Program-made: the position numbers and the translations under genes
Source: Cyanophyceae cyanobacterium
GTDB lineage: Bacteria; Cyanobacteriota; Cyanobacteriia; Cyanobacteriales; JBHJGN01
Direction: 5' to 3'
NCBI GenBank assembly: GCA_050331735.1
Contig: JBHJGN010000023.1
Span: 64,001 to 128,000, forward strand
Length of the DNA: 64,000 bases
Shown here: piece after piece, positions 9,930-22,570 of the stretch
How the letters are laid out: every line of letters begins with the position of its first letter
How positions within the stretch are numbered: the first letter of the stretch is position 1
Notes under the pieces: generated by a model
What the model saw: the letters and a program-made list of their open reading frames with translations, nothing else
Database searches by the model: none
What the model was told of the DNA's origin: nothing

Positions 9930-12224
9930 ATGCTCCAGGTTCCCCCAAAAGACAGTGTCGCTCAGCTAGAAACAGCTACCTTGGACGTCGGCGGCATGAA
10001 GTGTGCCGGATGCGTTAAGTCTGTGGAGCGTCAACTCACTCAAAATCCTGGCGTGACCTCTGCTTGCGTGAATTTAGTCACGGAGGTGGCTGTCGTTCAG
10101 TACGAAGCCGGAACCACTGAGCCAGAAGCTTTGGCTGAGACTCTCTCTGCTAGTGGTTTTCCCTCTCAGGTGCGCACGGCTGACAGAGTGAAGCCGCCTT
10201 CAGAACGTTGTCAGCAGAATCAACGGCAGCTTCAGCTCCTGGTTGTAGCGGGAGTGCTGCTGTTTTTTTCAGCGTTGGGTCACTGGAATCATTTTGGCGG
10301 TCCGTCTCTCCCGGTACTGAGTAGCGTTTGGTTTCACTGGGGGTTAGCCACGCTCGCGCTGGTGTTTCCCGGTCGTTCCCTTCTCAGTGATGGCTGGCAG
10401 GGCTTGAGCCACGGCATGCCCAACATGAATACGCTGGTAGGCTTGGGAACCGTTAGTGCTTATTTAGCAAGCTGTGTAGGGCTGCTCTTTCCCCAAAGTG
10501 GGTGGGAATGCTTTTTTGATGAGCCAGTTATGCTGTTGGGCTTTATTTTATTAGGTCGAACTTTAGAGGCCAGAGCCAGGGGGCAAGCGTCCGCCGCCTT
10601 AGAAGCGTTGGTTTCTTTGCAGCCACCGCTGGCTCGTTTGATCAATCACCCTGAAGTGAATGCAGAGTCAGGGATTCAAATTCCTGTTGAGCAAGTTCGT
10701 CCGGGTGAGTGGGTCCAGGTGCTGCCGGGGGAGAAAATACCGGTAGATGGAGAAATCGTAGCTGGACAAACGGCGGTCGATGAATCAATGCTGACCGGAG
10801 AATCGATTCCCGCTGTCAAAGTGCCGGGAGATCCGGTAGTGGCGGGAACGATCAATCAGTCAGGAGCGATCGCCCTTGAGATCACCCGCATCGGTAACGA
10901 TACCACTCTGGCTAAGATTATTGCTTCTGTAGAAGAGGCGCAAACCCGCAAAGCGCCCGTTCAGCAGTTAGCCGATACGGTCGCCGGGTACTTTGCCTAT
11001 GGTGTGATGGCAGTGGCAACGGTCACGTTTTTATTCTGGTACTTCGCTGGAACTAGAATTTGGTCGGAGGTCAGCTTGGTAGCGGCGATGGGGCACGGGT
11101 CAGCGACTTCACCGCTGCTGCTCAGTCTGAAGTTAGCGATCACCGTTTTGGTGGTTGCCTGCCCCTGCGCCCTCGGTTTGGCGACCCCAACTGCCATTCT
11201 CGTTGGAACCGGAATCGGCGCTGAGCGCGGCATTTTAATTAAGGGCGGCGATATTCTAGAACGAGTGCATCAGCTTCAAACCGTGGTTTTCGATAAAACG
11301 GGAACGCTCACCGTCGGTCATCCCGCCGTCACCGACTGTTTGCCGATTTCCCTTCGTGTAGAGCGTCTACTTCAGCTAGCTGCCACCGCCGAAAGCGCCA
11401 CCAATCATCCCCTGGCGGCGGCGATTGTTGAGGCGGCCAGAGAGCGGAAACTACCGCTGTTAGAGGCCAGGGATTTCATCACCGAACCCGGATTAGGAGT
11501 CTCGGCTCTCGTGGCCGGAGAACGGGTCTGGCTTGGTACAGAAGACTGGCTGCACCAGCAGCAGATTGCCATTCCTGCGGAGGTCGAACAGCAGGCCCAG
11601 GCGTGGGCAAGAGAGGGGAAAACCGTGGTTTATATTGCCCTCGAAACTACATTGGTCGGGTTGGTAGCTCTTCAAGACCGGCTGCGTGACGATGCGCCAG
11701 CAATGGTTGAGCGTCTTCAGAGCATGGGGCTAGAGGTGGTGCTGCTCACCGGAGACCGCCAGGAGGTCGCCGAGGCGATCGCCCGTCCGCTGAATATTTC
11801 CCGTGTTTTTGCGGCGGTGAAGCCTACTCAAAAAGCTGAAACAATTCAGGCTTTGCAGGCAGAACAGGTTGTGGCCATGGTTGGAGACGGCATCAACGAT
11901 GCTCCGGCCCTGGCGCAGGCTGATATCGGCATTGCTTTGCAAGGCGGAACCGATGTCGCCATCGAGACAGCAGACATTGTATTGATGCGCAGTCTGCTAG
12001 ATGTAGTGGAGTCGATTCAGCTCAGCTTAGCGACTTTCCATAAAATTCGCCAAAATCTCTTTTGGGCGCTGGGATACAATGCGATCGCCATTCCTCTTGC
12101 GGCTGGGTTGCTGCTGCCCCGGTTTGGTATTATGTTGAATCCCGCTGCTGCTGCTGCATCGATGGCTGCCAGCTCAGTCATCGTGGTCACTAATTCTCTC
12201 CTGCTGCGCCGTCGTTTTCAATAA
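9930..12224 (+). CDS. ctaA: Cu(I)-translocating P1B-type ATPase, CtaA-like
   Basis: HMA domain [40 protein letters not shown] and MAASS motifs; the CAGC variant fits CtaA rather than PacS. Confidence 0.85.
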   Translation: MLQVPPKDSVAQLETATLDVGGMKCAGCVKSVERQLTQNPGVTSACVNLVTEVAVVQYEAGTTEPEALAETLSASGFPSQVRTADRVKPPSERCQQNQRQLQLLVVAGVLLFFSALGHWNHFGGPSLPVLSSVWFHWGLATLALVFPGRSLLSDGWQGLSHGMPNMNTLVGLGTVSAYLASCVGLLFPQSGWECFFDEPVMLLGFILLGRTLEARARGQASAALEALVSLQPPLARLINHPEVNAESGIQIPVEQVRPGEWVQVLPGEKIPVDGEIVAGQTAVDESMLTGESIPAVKVPGDPVVAGTINQSGAIALEITRIGNDTTLAKIIASVEEAQTRKAPVQQLADTVAGYFAYGVMAVATVTFLFWYFAGTRIWSEVSLVAAMGHGSATSPLLLSLKLAITVLVVACPCALGLATPTAILVGTGIGAERGILIKGGDILERVHQLQTVVFDKTGTLTVGHPAVTDCLPISLRVERLLQLAATAESATNHPLAAAIVEAARERKLPLLEARDFITEPGLGVSALVAGERVWLGTEDWLHQQQIAIPAEVEQQAQAWAREGKTVVYIALETTLVGLVALQDRLRDDAPAMVERLQSMGLEVVLLTGDRQEVAEAIARPLNISRVFAAVKPTQKAETIQALQAEQVVAMVGDGINDAPALAQADIGIALQGGTDVAIETADIVLMRSLLDVVESIQLSLATFHKIRQNLFWALGYNAIAIPLAAGLLLPRFGIMLNPAAAAASMAASSVIVVTNSLLLRRRFQ

Positions 12225-12312
12225 CCAACCGAATTTGACGAATCTCTTTATTGGTCGATGCTCTTTTTTTGGGTACGTTTAAATCACTGTTACTTCTGTC
12301 AGAAGCGCTCTT

Positions 12313-12756
12313 ATGAATGCGAAGTCCGTCAAACCCAATGAAGGACATTTCCTCATCATTGAAGACGACAAAGGAAAGAACGTAGTGCCGTTACGTCAGG
12401 TCCAGTATGCTGTCGGAAGAGCCAAAGAGTGTGATATTCGCATCCGTTCTCAGTTTGTCTCTCGCCGCCACGCCACCCTATTGAGGCGCTGGCGGAAGAA
12501 CGGTAAGGCTTACTATCAGATCATTGATGGAGATTCCCAAGGAAATCCCAGCGTTAATGGTCTGCTGGTTAACGGTCACAAAGTTTCTGCTTGCGACTTG
12601 GAGAACGGAGACACAATTATCTTTGGCCCTCAAGCCTCTGCCGTGTATCAGCTACGCCGCTACGATCTCTTTCCTACATTGCCAACGGAGGATCCCTCCT
12701 TTGATATTACGCTCATCGATCCCGCCATGATGAATGACCAGGACGAGCTATCATAA
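12313..12756 (+). CDS. FHA-domain protein
   Basis: VGR..SQFVSRRHATL..SVNGLLVNG motifs. Confidence 0.9.
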   Translation: MNAKSVKPNEGHFLIIEDDKGKNVVPLRQVQYAVGRAKECDIRIRSQFVSRRHATLLRRWRKNGKAYYQIIDGDSQGNPSVNGLLVNGHKVSACDLENGDTIIFGPQASAVYQLRRYDLFPTLPTEDPSFDITLIDPAMMNDQDELS

Positions 12757-12759
12757 AGC

Positions 12760-13104
12760 TTAGCTGGTTAGCTCCACAAGCTGCCAGTGGCAGTTTTCCG
12801 CAATGGACTTCTGAATAAGCTCAAACATTTGCTGACAGTGATTGTTGAGCTGTAGGGCTAGTTCTTCATTCTTAACGACCAAGTTGACCAGGATTTCTTC
12901 ACTCGTGGCGGCGGTGGCATCAATGAGCACTTCTACCGTCACTAGTTTAGTAAAGGAAACTTGTCCCGGCACTTCCTGCGCCATCATGTAGTCGCTCGTT
13001 TGATAAATCGTCTCAAAATTGCAGGTCTGTAAAATTTCCACCAGTGATGGCTGTAAATCTTCAAAAGAAGTTTGGGTCGTATATGAGCACGTATAGCGAG
13101 CCAT
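12760..13104 (-). CDS. Conserved cyanobacterial hypothetical protein
   Basis: MARYTCS, EVPGQVSFTKLVTVEVLID, KNEEL..NNHCQQMF. Confidence 0.75.
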   Translation of the reverse strand: MARYTCSYTTQTSFEDLQPSLVEILQTCNFETIYQTSDYMMAQEVPGQVSFTKLVTVEVLIDATAATSEEILVNLVVKNEELALQLNNHCQQMFELIQKSIAENCHWQLVELTS

Positions 13105-13175
13105 ATTCTGTTAGCAATAAACTTTTTTCTCTATCTTAGTCTGGACAACAAATAAGGTTACGAGGACTGATTAAT

Positions 13176-14177
13176 TTGCCAGATTCTTTCAACGAGCTGA
13201 TTGGGCAAAATGAAGCTGTTGAGCTACTCGTCCAGGCCGTTGCCTCCGGTCGAGTGGCCCCAGCCTATCTGTTTGCTGGTCCTCCTGGAGTCGGGCGGAC
13301 GTTAGCAGCACGGGAATTCAGTCAGCTTTTGTTAGCCCCAGCCGCTGCGTCTTCGGAGGAACGCTCGCTGGCGAATCATCCTGATTTTTTGTGGGTCGAG
13401 CCAACCTATACTCATCAGGGAAACTATCTCACCGCTAGCCAAGCTGCCCAAGCCGGACTGAATCGTAAAGCCCCGCCTCAAATTCGGATTGAACAGGTGC
13501 GAGACGTAGCCCGATTTCTGAGCCGTCCTCCGCTGGAAGCCTCTCGCTCGGTTGTGGTGATTGAAGAGGCCCAGGCAATGACAGAAGCCGCCGCTAATGG
13601 CTTGCTCAAGACCTTAGAAGAACCCGGACAGGCAACAATTATTCTCATTGCGCCGGGAACCGATGCCCTCTTACCGACGTTGGTATCTCGGTGTCAGCAG
13701 ATTCCCTTTCGTCGCCTTAGTCGGAGGCATCTCCAGCAGGTTTTGCAAGCTCAAGGCAGCGAATTACAGCAGCCCTTCCTCTTAGAAATTGCTCAAGGCA
13801 GCCCTGGAGAAGCACTCGCGGCAGAGTCCCAGCTTCAGGCCATTCCCCAAAAGCTACGGCAATCTCTCCAAGCTCCGCCTCAGAGTGCCTTAGCTGCGCT
13901 TACGCTAGCGAAAACCATCGACCGAGAACTAGATACTCTGGCTCAGCTCTGGCTCCTTGACTATCTTCAGTACTGCTACTGGCATCAGTGGCGACAGAAA
14001 ACTGCCATCGAGCTGTTAGAACATGCCCGTCACTGTCTGCTCAATTTTGTTCAGCCTCGACTGGTTTGGGAAGTCACTCTTCTTCAGCTCAGCCAAAGCG
14101 CCGTCGGCGCGGGGGAAGCAGCTTGCGCTGCGGGGAAAGGGGAAACTGTCCCTGACGGGACGGGTAAAGGGAAATAA
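13176..14177 (+). CDS. holB: DNA polymerase III subunit delta'
   Basis: AYLFAGPPGVGR, HPDFLWVEP, AANGLLKTLEEP, LLPTLVSRCQ; last ~25 aa encoded by a repeat element. Confidence 0.92.
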   Translation: MPDSFNELIGQNEAVELLVQAVASGRVAPAYLFAGPPGVGRTLAAREFSQLLLAPAAASSEERSLANHPDFLWVEPTYTHQGNYLTASQAAQAGLNRKAPPQIRIEQVRDVARFLSRPPLEASRSVVVIEEAQAMTEAAANGLLKTLEEPGQATIILIAPGTDALLPTLVSRCQQIPFRRLSRRHLQQVLQAQGSELQQPFLLEIAQGSPGEALAAESQLQAIPQKLRQSLQAPPQSALAALTLAKTIDRELDTLAQLWLLDYLQYCYWHQWRQKTAIELLEHARHCLLNFVQPRLVWEVTLLQLSQSAVGAGEAACAAGKGETVPDGTGKGK

Positions 14178-14289
14178 GCCGCTCCGCGACGGAGTAAAGA
14201 ACACAGGGCCAAGAGGCCAGCTTTACCACTCCTTCCTTTTCCCGTCCCAAAGGGAATTATCCCGCGCCTTCGGCGCTTCCCCATTCCCG
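14098..14289. repeat. Composite dispersed repeat: GC hairpins plus G/A tracts, modules on both strands
   Basis: GCGCC-GTC-GGCGC, GCAGC-TTGC-GCTGC and GTCCC-TGAC-GGGAC each followed by a GGG(G)AAAG-like tract; minus-strand modules at 14235-14289. Confidence 0.8.
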
Positions 14290-14736
14290 GTACGGATGCT
14301 TGACTAAGTTGGCGTTGAAGTATTTGGGGTCAGAAACTTCCCGAGCAATCCACTCTGGCAGGTCAATAACTTGCTCTTCGTGGGTGAGTTCGACTTCTGC
14401 CAGGATCAGCCCTTGATTTTCTCCAGCAAACTCATCGATTTCCCAGATCAGCTTGCCAAAGGGAATTTTATATCTGGTCTTCTCAATGAGGGGACGATCG
14501 CACATCTCCAGCAGCTCTAAGGCATCGGCAATGGGGATTTCGTACTCAAATTCTGAGCGAGTACTGCCCACGGTCGGACCTTTAATCGTCAAGATGCCGC
14601 GATCTCCCACAACCCGAACCCGCACAGTTTTGCCCCGGTGGGTCGAAAGATACCCCTGGCGGTAGGGGACTCCCACGGCAAGCGATCGCCAACCATCCCC
14701 TTTGACCAGAAATTTACGCTCGATTTCCGTCGCCAC
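14257..14736 (-). CDS. CYTH-domain protein (triphosphate tunnel metalloenzyme)
   Basis: EIERKFLV, TVRVR, LTIKG, EFEYEIP, IEKTRY, WEIDEF, AEVEL. Confidence 0.92.
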   Translation of the reverse strand: MATEIERKFLVKGDGWRSLAVGVPYRQGYLSTHRGKTVRVRVVGDRGILTIKGPTVGSTRSEFEYEIPIADALELLEMCDRPLIEKTRYKIPFGKLIWEIDEFAGENQGLILAEVELTHEEQVIDLPEWIAREVSDPKYFNANLVKHPYREWGSAEGAG

Positions 14737-14747
14737 TGATCAAGTCT

Positions 14748-15932
14748 TTAACGATCCACAGAACCCATGATAATGTCTACGCTGCCCAGAATAGCCATAA
14801 TATCGGCCACCTTTACGCCCTTGAGTAACTGCGGCACGATTTGGAGATTGTTGAAATCTGGCGGACGAATCTTCCAGCGCCAGGGAAAGACATCATTCTT
14901 CCCGACCAAAAAGATGCCTAGTTCTCCCTTGCCGGTTTCCATGCGCACGTAATGCTCTCCTTCTGGGATCTTAAACGTCGGCGGTACTCTCTTAGCGATG
15001 TACTCGTATTCAAAGTCATTCCACTGCGATTTTTTGCCTTCGGCCATGCGCTTCGCTTCCAGGTTCTCTGTCGGTCCTCCCGGCAAGCCTTTGAGCGCCT
15101 GACGAAGAATCTTGACCGACTCGCGCATCTCCCGAATGCGGACGAGGTAGCGAGCAAAGCAGTCTCCTGCCGTTTCCCAATGCACATCCCAGTCGAAGTC
15201 GTCGTAACATTCGTAGTGGTCTACCTTGCGTAGATCCCACTTCACGCCCGACCCGCGCAGCATTGGCCCCGAAAGTCCCCAGTTGATCGCCTCGTCGCGG
15301 GTAATTGTGCCCACACCTTCAACGCGGCGGCGAAAAATCGGGTTATTGGTAATTAACTTTTCGTACTCGTCTACTTTCGGAGTGAAGTAGTCGCAGAAGT
15401 CTTCGCATTTGTCGATCCAACCATAGGGTAAATCAACGGCCACTCCGCCAATGCGAAAGTAGTTATTGTTAATCAATCGCTGACCCGTGGCGGCTTCCCA
15501 CAGGTCGTAAATCATTTCCCGTTCTCGGAAGATATAAAAGAAGGGGGTTTGAGCGCCGACATCCGCCATAAATGGGCCTAGCCACAGCAGATGGTTAGCA
15601 ATGCGGTTGAGCTCAAGCATAATTACGCGGATGTACTGAGCGCGCTTTGGCACCTCAATATCCGCTAGCTGTTCTGGGGCATTAACGGTGATCGCTTCAT
15701 TAAACATTCCGGCAGCGTAGTCCCAGCGACTGACGTAGGGAACATACATAATATTGGTGCGATTTTCCGCAATTTTTTCCATGCCTCGATGCAGATACCC
15801 AATTACGGGCTCACAGTCCATTACGTCTTCGCCATCCAGGGTGACAATTAGACGCAGCACACCGTGCATCGAGGGATGATGAGGACCCATGTTGAGGACC
15901 ATGGGTTCTGTTCTCGTTTCAATCTGTGCCAT
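14748..15932 (-). CDS. ndhH: NAD(P)H-quinone oxidoreductase subunit H
   Basis: [29 protein letters not shown]-terminal DIIMGSVDR. Confidence 0.98.
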   Translation of the reverse strand: MAQIETRTEPMVLNMGPHHPSMHGVLRLIVTLDGEDVMDCEPVIGYLHRGMEKIAENRTNIMYVPYVSRWDYAAGMFNEAITVNAPEQLADIEVPKRAQYIRVIMLELNRIANHLLWLGPFMADVGAQTPFFYIFREREMIYDLWEAATGQRLINNNYFRIGGVAVDLPYGWIDKCEDFCDYFTPKVDEYEKLITNNPIFRRRVEGVGTITRDEAINWGLSGPMLRGSGVKWDLRKVDHYECYDDFDWDVHWETAGDCFARYLVRIREMRESVKILRQALKGLPGGPTENLEAKRMAEGKKSQWNDFEYEYIAKRVPPTFKIPEGEHYVRMETGKGELGIFLVGKNDVFPWRWKIRPPDFNNLQIVPQLLKGVKVADIMAILGSVDIIMGSVDR

Positions 15933-16143
15933 GTAGTTTTCTTCGGAGCATCAAATACAAAAATCGAAAGTTCTTTGAACTTACAGTTTCTTTGCTGCCA
16001 ATTACTGCTGGCTGTCCAGGCAGCTATGTTTCATTTTATTAATTATAGGATAAGTCTTTCCCCACGAACGTGAGTTTAGACGTTCCTTGCCAGCCTGTGC
16101 TCGATGGCTCACCGTTCTTAGACCGGCTCGGTTGAGGATAGAC

Positions 16144-16172
16144 AAAACGGGACGACTGCTCGTCGTCGTCCC
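16144..16172 (-). terminator. Putative intrinsic terminator of ftsH2
   Basis: GGGACGAC/GTCGTCCC 8-bp stem followed by GTTTT on the minus strand, ~30 bp after the stop. Confidence 0.6.
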
Positions 16173-16202
16173 TGCTTATTTCAAGCTGAACTCGCTAAAA
16201 AG

Positions 16203-18086
16203 CTATAGCTGCGGCACAAACCGCTCTTTCTCCGGGATGTCTACGTATTCAGAAACAATCTGACGAAACTCTTGGCCGTCGATGGTTTCTCTTTCAATGA
16301 GCAGGTCTACCAGTCGATCGATCACTTCGCGATTCTCGCGGACGATCTTTCTGGCCATGTTGTGTCCCTGCTCGGCAATTTCGCGCACCTGCGCATCGAT
16401 TAGGGCCGCTACTTCCTCAGAATACTCCGAGCGATTCATCAGGCCGCCACCGAGGAATACCTCTCCTTCCTGTCCTTCTAGAGAGAGAGGACCGAGGTCG
16501 CTCATGCCGAAGCGAGTCACCATCTGACGGGCCATGTTTGTCACCTGCTGAAGGTCGCCGCCAGCGCCGGTGGTCACCTCATCTTCTCCAAAGATTTCTT
16601 CTTCTGCGGCGCGACCGCCCATCGCACCGGCAATGCGGGCGAGGAGCTGAGAGCGGCTGGTTAATCCCTGCTCTTCTTCTGGGGTGAACCAGGTTAGTCC
16701 GCGAGCCTGTCCTCTGGGAATCAGCGTTACCTTCTGAACCGGATCGTGATCTTTGACGAGGGTTCCGACGATCGCATGACCGACTTCGTGATAGGCGATC
16801 AGTCGCTTGCTCTTGCTGTCTACTAGGGGCGTTCCTTCCATGCCCGCAATCACGCGATCCACCGCATCGTCGATTTCGAGCATGGTCATGGCTTCTTTAC
16901 GGCGACGGGCCGTGAGAATGGCCGCTTCATTGAGCAGGTTTGCTAAATCGGCTCCGGTAAAGCCGGGAGTGCGACGGGCGATCGCCTCGAGGGAAACTTC
17001 GGGGGCGATTTTCTTGTTGCGGGCGTGGACCTCTAAAATCTTGATGCGTCCTTTGAGGTCAGGAGCATCGACAATTACCTGACGGTCGAAGCGTCCGGGG
17101 CGCAGCAGGGCAGAATCGAGGACATCGGGACGGTTGGTAGCGGCAATAATAATAATGCCCGTGTTGCCCTCAAAGCCATCCATTTCGGTGAGGAGCTGGT
17201 TGAGGGTTTGCTCCCGTTCGTCGTTACCGCCGCCGATGCCGGCTCCACGCTGACGACCCACGGCATCGATCTCGTCGATGAAGATCAGGCAAGGGGCGTT
17301 TTCCTTGGCTTTTTTAAACAGATCGCGCACCCGCGAGGCTCCAACTCCGACAAACATCTCCACAAACTCCGAACCAGAGATGCTAAAGAAAGGCACTCCG
17401 GCTTCTCCGGCGATCGCTTTGGCGAGCAGTGTTTTACCGGTTCCCGGAGGACCGACGAGTAACACTCCTTTGGGAATTCTTGCTCCTACCGCCGTAAAGC
17501 GTTCTGGCTGTTTTAAAAAGGTGACGACTTCCTGAAGTTCCTCTTTCGCTTCGTCAATGCCGGCCACGTCATCAAACATCACTCCCGTTTCCGCTTCCAT
17601 CTGAAAGCGAGCGCGGGACTTGCCAAAGTTCATCGCCTGACCGGGACCACCAGGGATGTTGCTGGAGCGGCGAAACAGGAAAAAGAGAGCTCCAATCAGT
17701 AAGATTGGAAAAATGAGATTGCCCACAAATCCCCACAGCGCTCCATCGTTGCGGATCGGGTGGGAATCCAAGCTCACGTCTGCTTCGCGTAGCTTAGCGA
17801 TTAGCTCTGGAGAGTTCCCTGGCAGATCGACGCGCAATTTTTGCAGGCGATTATCTAACTCGGGATCGACAGCTTGGACAATGGCGGTTCGTCCTCCATC
17901 GTAGAGATCGACGCTTCTCACTCGGTCTGCGTCTAAATACTCCAAAAAGCGCCCGTAGGTCATGCGCGTATTGGCCGCATTTCCTCCCAGGTCACCCGTT
18001 GGAGCGAAAGTGCCTTGCCAGAGAAAGAAGCCGATGACTAAAGCGGGTAGAGTCCAGAGTAGGATTGTTCTCCAAGAAAATTTCAT
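16203..18086 (-). CDS. ftsH2: ATP-dependent zinc metalloprotease FtsH2 (PSII repair)
   Basis: [12 protein letters not shown]-terminal region, [16 protein letters not shown] zinc motif, KERFVPQL tail. Confidence 0.93.
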   Translation of the reverse strand: MKFSWRTILLWTLPALVIGFFLWQGTFAPTGDLGGNAANTRMTYGRFLEYLDADRVRSVDLYDGGRTAIVQAVDPELDNRLQKLRVDLPGNSPELIAKLREADVSLDSHPIRNDGALWGFVGNLIFPILLIGALFFLFRRSSNIPGGPGQAMNFGKSRARFQMEAETGVMFDDVAGIDEAKEELQEVVTFLKQPERFTAVGARIPKGVLLVGPPGTGKTLLAKAIAGEAGVPFFSISGSEFVEMFVGVGASRVRDLFKKAKENAPCLIFIDEIDAVGRQRGAGIGGGNDEREQTLNQLLTEMDGFEGNTGIIIIAATNRPDVLDSALLRPGRFDRQVIVDAPDLKGRIKILEVHARNKKIAPEVSLEAIARRTPGFTGADLANLLNEAAILTARRRKEAMTMLEIDDAVDRVIAGMEGTPLVDSKSKRLIAYHEVGHAIVGTLVKDHDPVQKVTLIPRGQARGLTWFTPEEEQGLTSRSQLLARIAGAMGGRAAEEEIFGEDEVTTGAGGDLQQVTNMARQMVTRFGMSDLGPLSLEGQEGEVFLGGGLMNRSEYSEEVAALIDAQVREIAEQGHNMARKIVRENREVIDRLVDLLIERETIDGQEFRQIVSEYVDIPEKERFVPQL

Positions 18087-18372
18087 AGGATTAGTATCCC
18101 CTAAATTGAATAAAAACTAGAGAAGTGTTCTCCAGTTGGGGCTGAAGAGCACCAGGCTACGTTCTTGAAAAATATTTTTACTTATCTTATTGTTCTTTTT
18201 TTGTCAAGAAAATTTGTAGCAATTTTAAGCAAGAAGGGCAGTTAAACCTGCTTCTCTTAATTAAATTTAACTTAATTCTCAGATTTCTGACAACTGAAGC
18301 GAATCGTCATCACCTCAGTCGTTAGTCTTTTGAGGAAGCCAGTTAAAAATAGAGAGCCTCATAACTAAAGAA

Positions 18373-18416
18373 CGCATCCCCTAACCTCGACTGACTCAAT
18401 GGGAATGGGGGATGCG
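18373..18416. terminator. Stem-loop downstream of petH
   Basis: CGCATCCCC...GGGGATGCG inverted repeat with a long loop. Confidence 0.4.
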
Positions 18417-18489
18417 CTGTTAATGTTTTCTATTCGCTAACTGCGCTAGAACGAAATTAGTAATTAGTAATAATTGGCCAACAGTCTAC

Positions 18490-19719
<1,230 letters not shown>

Positions 19720-20137
19720 TCAGGACATCGGCTGCAATCCTTTCTGATTTCTCCTAATGTCCGTATATGTGCTCAGATCGATGGCTGCTGACTGTTCTAG
19801 CGCTCAGGTTAGAGACAGATAGAGCGTTCATCTGTGCTGTTTTGATGATCCTAAGCCTATCATTGTCCGAGGCTCTACTGATAACCAATTGGGATGACCC
19901 TGGCACGGAGAATAGGCGAATTTGTAAACTGCCCTGGCTTAAGAATAAAGAGAGAATAAACAAAAATCTGTCATCGTTGCATCAATTTGTTTGTTTATTG
20001 GTAGGCCAATACCCGATAGGATAGATAACTAGATGCACCAAACTACTCTGCTGCGCTTTAGTCTTGTAGAGGGTATGGGGTTCTGGTAAAATTCATGGCA
20101 GTACTTAGGAACTAAACGTTCACGTTAGCCAGTTTCT

Positions 20138-20276
20138 CGCCCTTCGGGTATCTCCTCCGGAGACGCTCCACGAACGGCAGCTATTCCTGGGAAAGCCCCC
20201 AACACACTGCACTCACCGTTGCAGGGCGCGGGCAAACTTCGCCGGAGGCAAGTTTGGCTTCCGGAAGAAGTTCCAG
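20138..20276. repeat. Cluster of short GC-rich hairpin elements (small dispersed repeat-like) between petH and prk
   Basis: CCC-TTC-GGG, TCTCC-TCC-GGAGA, CAAACTT..AAGTTTG and CTTCCGGAAG palindromes in an otherwise AT-richer spacer. Confidence 0.5.
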
Positions 20277-20439
20277 GTGCTACGTTTAGCAAGCTAAATA
20301 CCTATCTAAAGCTTGGTATGACAATCGCTGCTTTCTGCCTAGGAAAGAGTGAGGAAATTAAGAGTAGTTTGCTGGTTCTACTAGGTGAGCCTGCCAAATT
20401 CGATAAATTTAGCAATTAGTTTTTTATTTAGAGGGAGCT

Positions 20440-21435
20440 ATGCCCACACAGAATCAAGTCGTTCTTATTGCAGTAGCCGGAGATTCCGGATGCGGTAAAT
20501 CTACATTTCTAAGACGGTTAGAAGATTTATTTGGGGAAGAGTTTATGACGGTTATCTGTTTGGATGACTATCATAGCCTGGACCGCAAAGGGAGAAAAAA
20601 GGCAGGCGTAACGGCTTTGAACCCCAAGGCCAATAACTTTGACCTCATGTACGAGCAGATCAAAGCTCTGAAGAGTGGACAAGCCATTGATAAGCCAATC
20701 TACAACCATGAAACGGGAGAAATCGACCCTCCTGAGCGGATCGAGCCGAATAAAGTAGTCGTTATTGAGGGACTGCATCCTCTCTTTGACGAGCGGGTGC
20801 GCGAACTGGTTGACTTTGGCGTGTATCTTGATATTCACGATGAAGTCAAGATCAACTGGAAGATCAAGCGCGATATGGCTGAGCGCGGTCACTCTTACGA
20901 AGACGTGCTGGCCTCGATTCGAGCGAGAAAGCCGGACTTTAGCGCCTACATTGAGCCGCAAAAAGAGTACGCTGATGTCGTCATTCAGATCATGCCCACT
21001 CAGCTCATTGACGACAAAGAAAGCAAGCTGTTGCGAGTCCGCCTGGTTCAGAAAGAAGGCATTAAGTATTTTGAGCCAGCCTATCTCTTCGACGAAGGCT
21101 CGACCATTGACTGGAGACCCTGCGGACGAAAGCTGACCTGTGCTTATCCCGGTATTAAAATGTTCTACGGTCCAGATTCCTATTACGGTCACGAGGTCTC
21201 TGTGCTGGAGGTTGACGGTCAGTTCGACAACCTCGAGGAGATGATCTACATTGAAAGCCACCTCAGCAAGACCGGAACTAAGTACTATGGGGAGATGACG
21301 GAACTGTTGCTGAAGCATCGCAATGCTCCAGGCTCCAACAATGGCTCTGGATTATTTCAGGTATTGGTTGGCCTAAAAATGCGGCAAACCTACGAGCAGC
21401 TTACTGCCCAAGAAAAAGTCGCGGCTGAAGTGTAA
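20440..21435 (+). CDS. prk: Phosphoribulokinase
   Basis: VAGDSGCGKSTF, ICLDDYHSLDR, KPIYNHETG, RDMAERGH; RBS GGGAG upstream. Confidence 0.98.
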   Translation: MPTQNQVVLIAVAGDSGCGKSTFLRRLEDLFGEEFMTVICLDDYHSLDRKGRKKAGVTALNPKANNFDLMYEQIKALKSGQAIDKPIYNHETGEIDPPERIEPNKVVVIEGLHPLFDERVRELVDFGVYLDIHDEVKINWKIKRDMAERGHSYEDVLASIRARKPDFSAYIEPQKEYADVVIQIMPTQLIDDKESKLLRVRLVQKEGIKYFEPAYLFDEGSTIDWRPCGRKLTCAYPGIKMFYGPDSYYGHEVSVLEVDGQFDNLEEMIYIESHLSKTGTKYYGEMTELLLKHRNAPGSNNGSGLFQVLVGLKMRQTYEQLTAQEKVAAEV

Positions 21436-21461
21436 TTTGGCCAGCAATCAAATGCAGTGAA

Positions 21462-21500
21462 CTCGCGGGTAATCAGTAGCGATGCCTGCGAGCTTTTTTT
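21462..21500 (+). terminator. Intrinsic terminator of prk
   Basis: CTCGCGGGT..GCCTGCGAG stem followed by T7. Confidence 0.75.
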
Positions 21501-21610
21501 GGCGGCGATCGCTAAAATAGGCAATTGATACCCATTCAAAAGAAAGTCCGATGGGAACCTGGTTTGAGGAGTGGTATCTTCTAAGTGACGACTTTCCTAA
21601 AGGAGTGGCG

Positions 21611-21883
21611 ATGAAAGTTTGGATGGCCTGCTTTGCAATTTTGTTTGTGTTGGCAGAGCTGGGTTTGTGGATTCGAGAGTTTCTCTTGCCTGTGCCGGTT
21701 TATGTATTAGGTGGGGCCTTTTTAGCGATCGCTTCTAACTACGAGCATCGGTTCAAATCGGGCCCAGCGCTCGTCCCCACCGCTTGGCTCAGCGGTTGGC
21801 GATCGCTTCAAACCCATCAACCAGAAATGCCGACGGCTTCTGTCGGTAGGCTCAAAGCAGAATCAGCCGTCAAACCGCAGTAG
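21611..21883 (+). CDS. Small conserved cyanobacterial membrane protein
   Basis: AAGGAG RBS before ATG 21611; two TM segments and LGGAFLAIASNY motif. Confidence 0.7.
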   Translation: MKVWMACFAILFVLAELGLWIREFLLPVPVYVLGGAFLAIASNYEHRFKSGPALVPTAWLSGWRSLQTHQPEMPTASVGRLKAESAVKPQ

Positions 21884-21936
21884 CTCATAGCTGGAGCGAG
21901 GACTCTAGCAGCTAACAGCTATGAGCTATTGACCCG

Positions 21937-22497
21937 TCAGAGATTCCGCTTCATCTGCTCGAGTTCCTCATCTAATTCCCAGCGCTGAAACTCAGCCTCA
22001 AGGGGATCAGCGGCTCTACTGTAGGCGCTGCTAGGGCTTCGATTCCAGCCAGCCGTATCCCAGCTCGAAGGAGGTGACTGCGCTCTAGCTCGCTCGGCTT
22101 CCGCCTGAACCTCTTTCCGGCGCTGCTGAATTTGAGTTAACAGCTCCTGACTCTGAACGAGCCGTTTTTCTACTCCCGCTCTTTGTCCCCAGAGCTGGTT
22201 GCCCTGGCGCAGCAGAGCGGCTTCGCGTTCTTGGGCCGCTTCGACTAAATCGAGGCGGTTGGCCGCTTTGGCTTTCGCAATTCTGGCATGCCACCGCTGG
22301 ATATCTTGGGCAACGGCAAGGATTTCGGTTTCTAGCTGCTGCTCCTGACGCTGGAGAGCCGTAATCAGTTTAGCCGTGTCCTGTTCCTGCTCTCGAAGCT
22401 GTTCCTCCAAAGCCTGAAGCTCTAGATGAGGATGACTCCGCAAAAATTCTTCGAGCCGAGTTTCTAAAAACTGACTGAGGTCGTCAAAAAGACTCAT
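21937..22497 (-). CDS. TIGR04376-family coiled-coil protein
   Basis: MSLFDDLSQFLETRLEEFLRSHPHLELQAL, AAQEREAALLRQGNQLWG, DPLEAEFQRWE. Confidence 0.85.
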   Translation of the reverse strand: MSLFDDLSQFLETRLEEFLRSHPHLELQALEEQLREQEQDTAKLITALQRQEQQLETEILAVAQDIQRWHARIAKAKAANRLDLVEAAQEREAALLRQGNQLWGQRAGVEKRLVQSQELLTQIQQRRKEVQAEAERARAQSPPSSWDTAGWNRSPSSAYSRAADPLEAEFQRWELDEELEQMKRNL

Positions 22498-22570
22498 TGT
22501 TGTACAACAGCAAGCTGGAATTCCGGAAGCCAACGGTCAGAAACCTTCGACTCCTCCACCTCAGCTTAGC

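Noticed and set aside
18205..18280. Possible RpaB HLR1 site upstream of ftsH2
   Set aside because: Only degenerate matches with wrong spacing in an AT-rich region
19754..20419. Short ORFs in the petH-prk spacer
   Set aside because: No RBS or motif support; they overlap promoter and repeat sequence
20527..21318. 263-aa antisense ORF opposite prk, and similar shadow ORFs opposite ftsH, ndhH, ctaA and ebo genes
   Set aside because: Fully overlap well-supported genes and lack protein motifs; explained by codon bias
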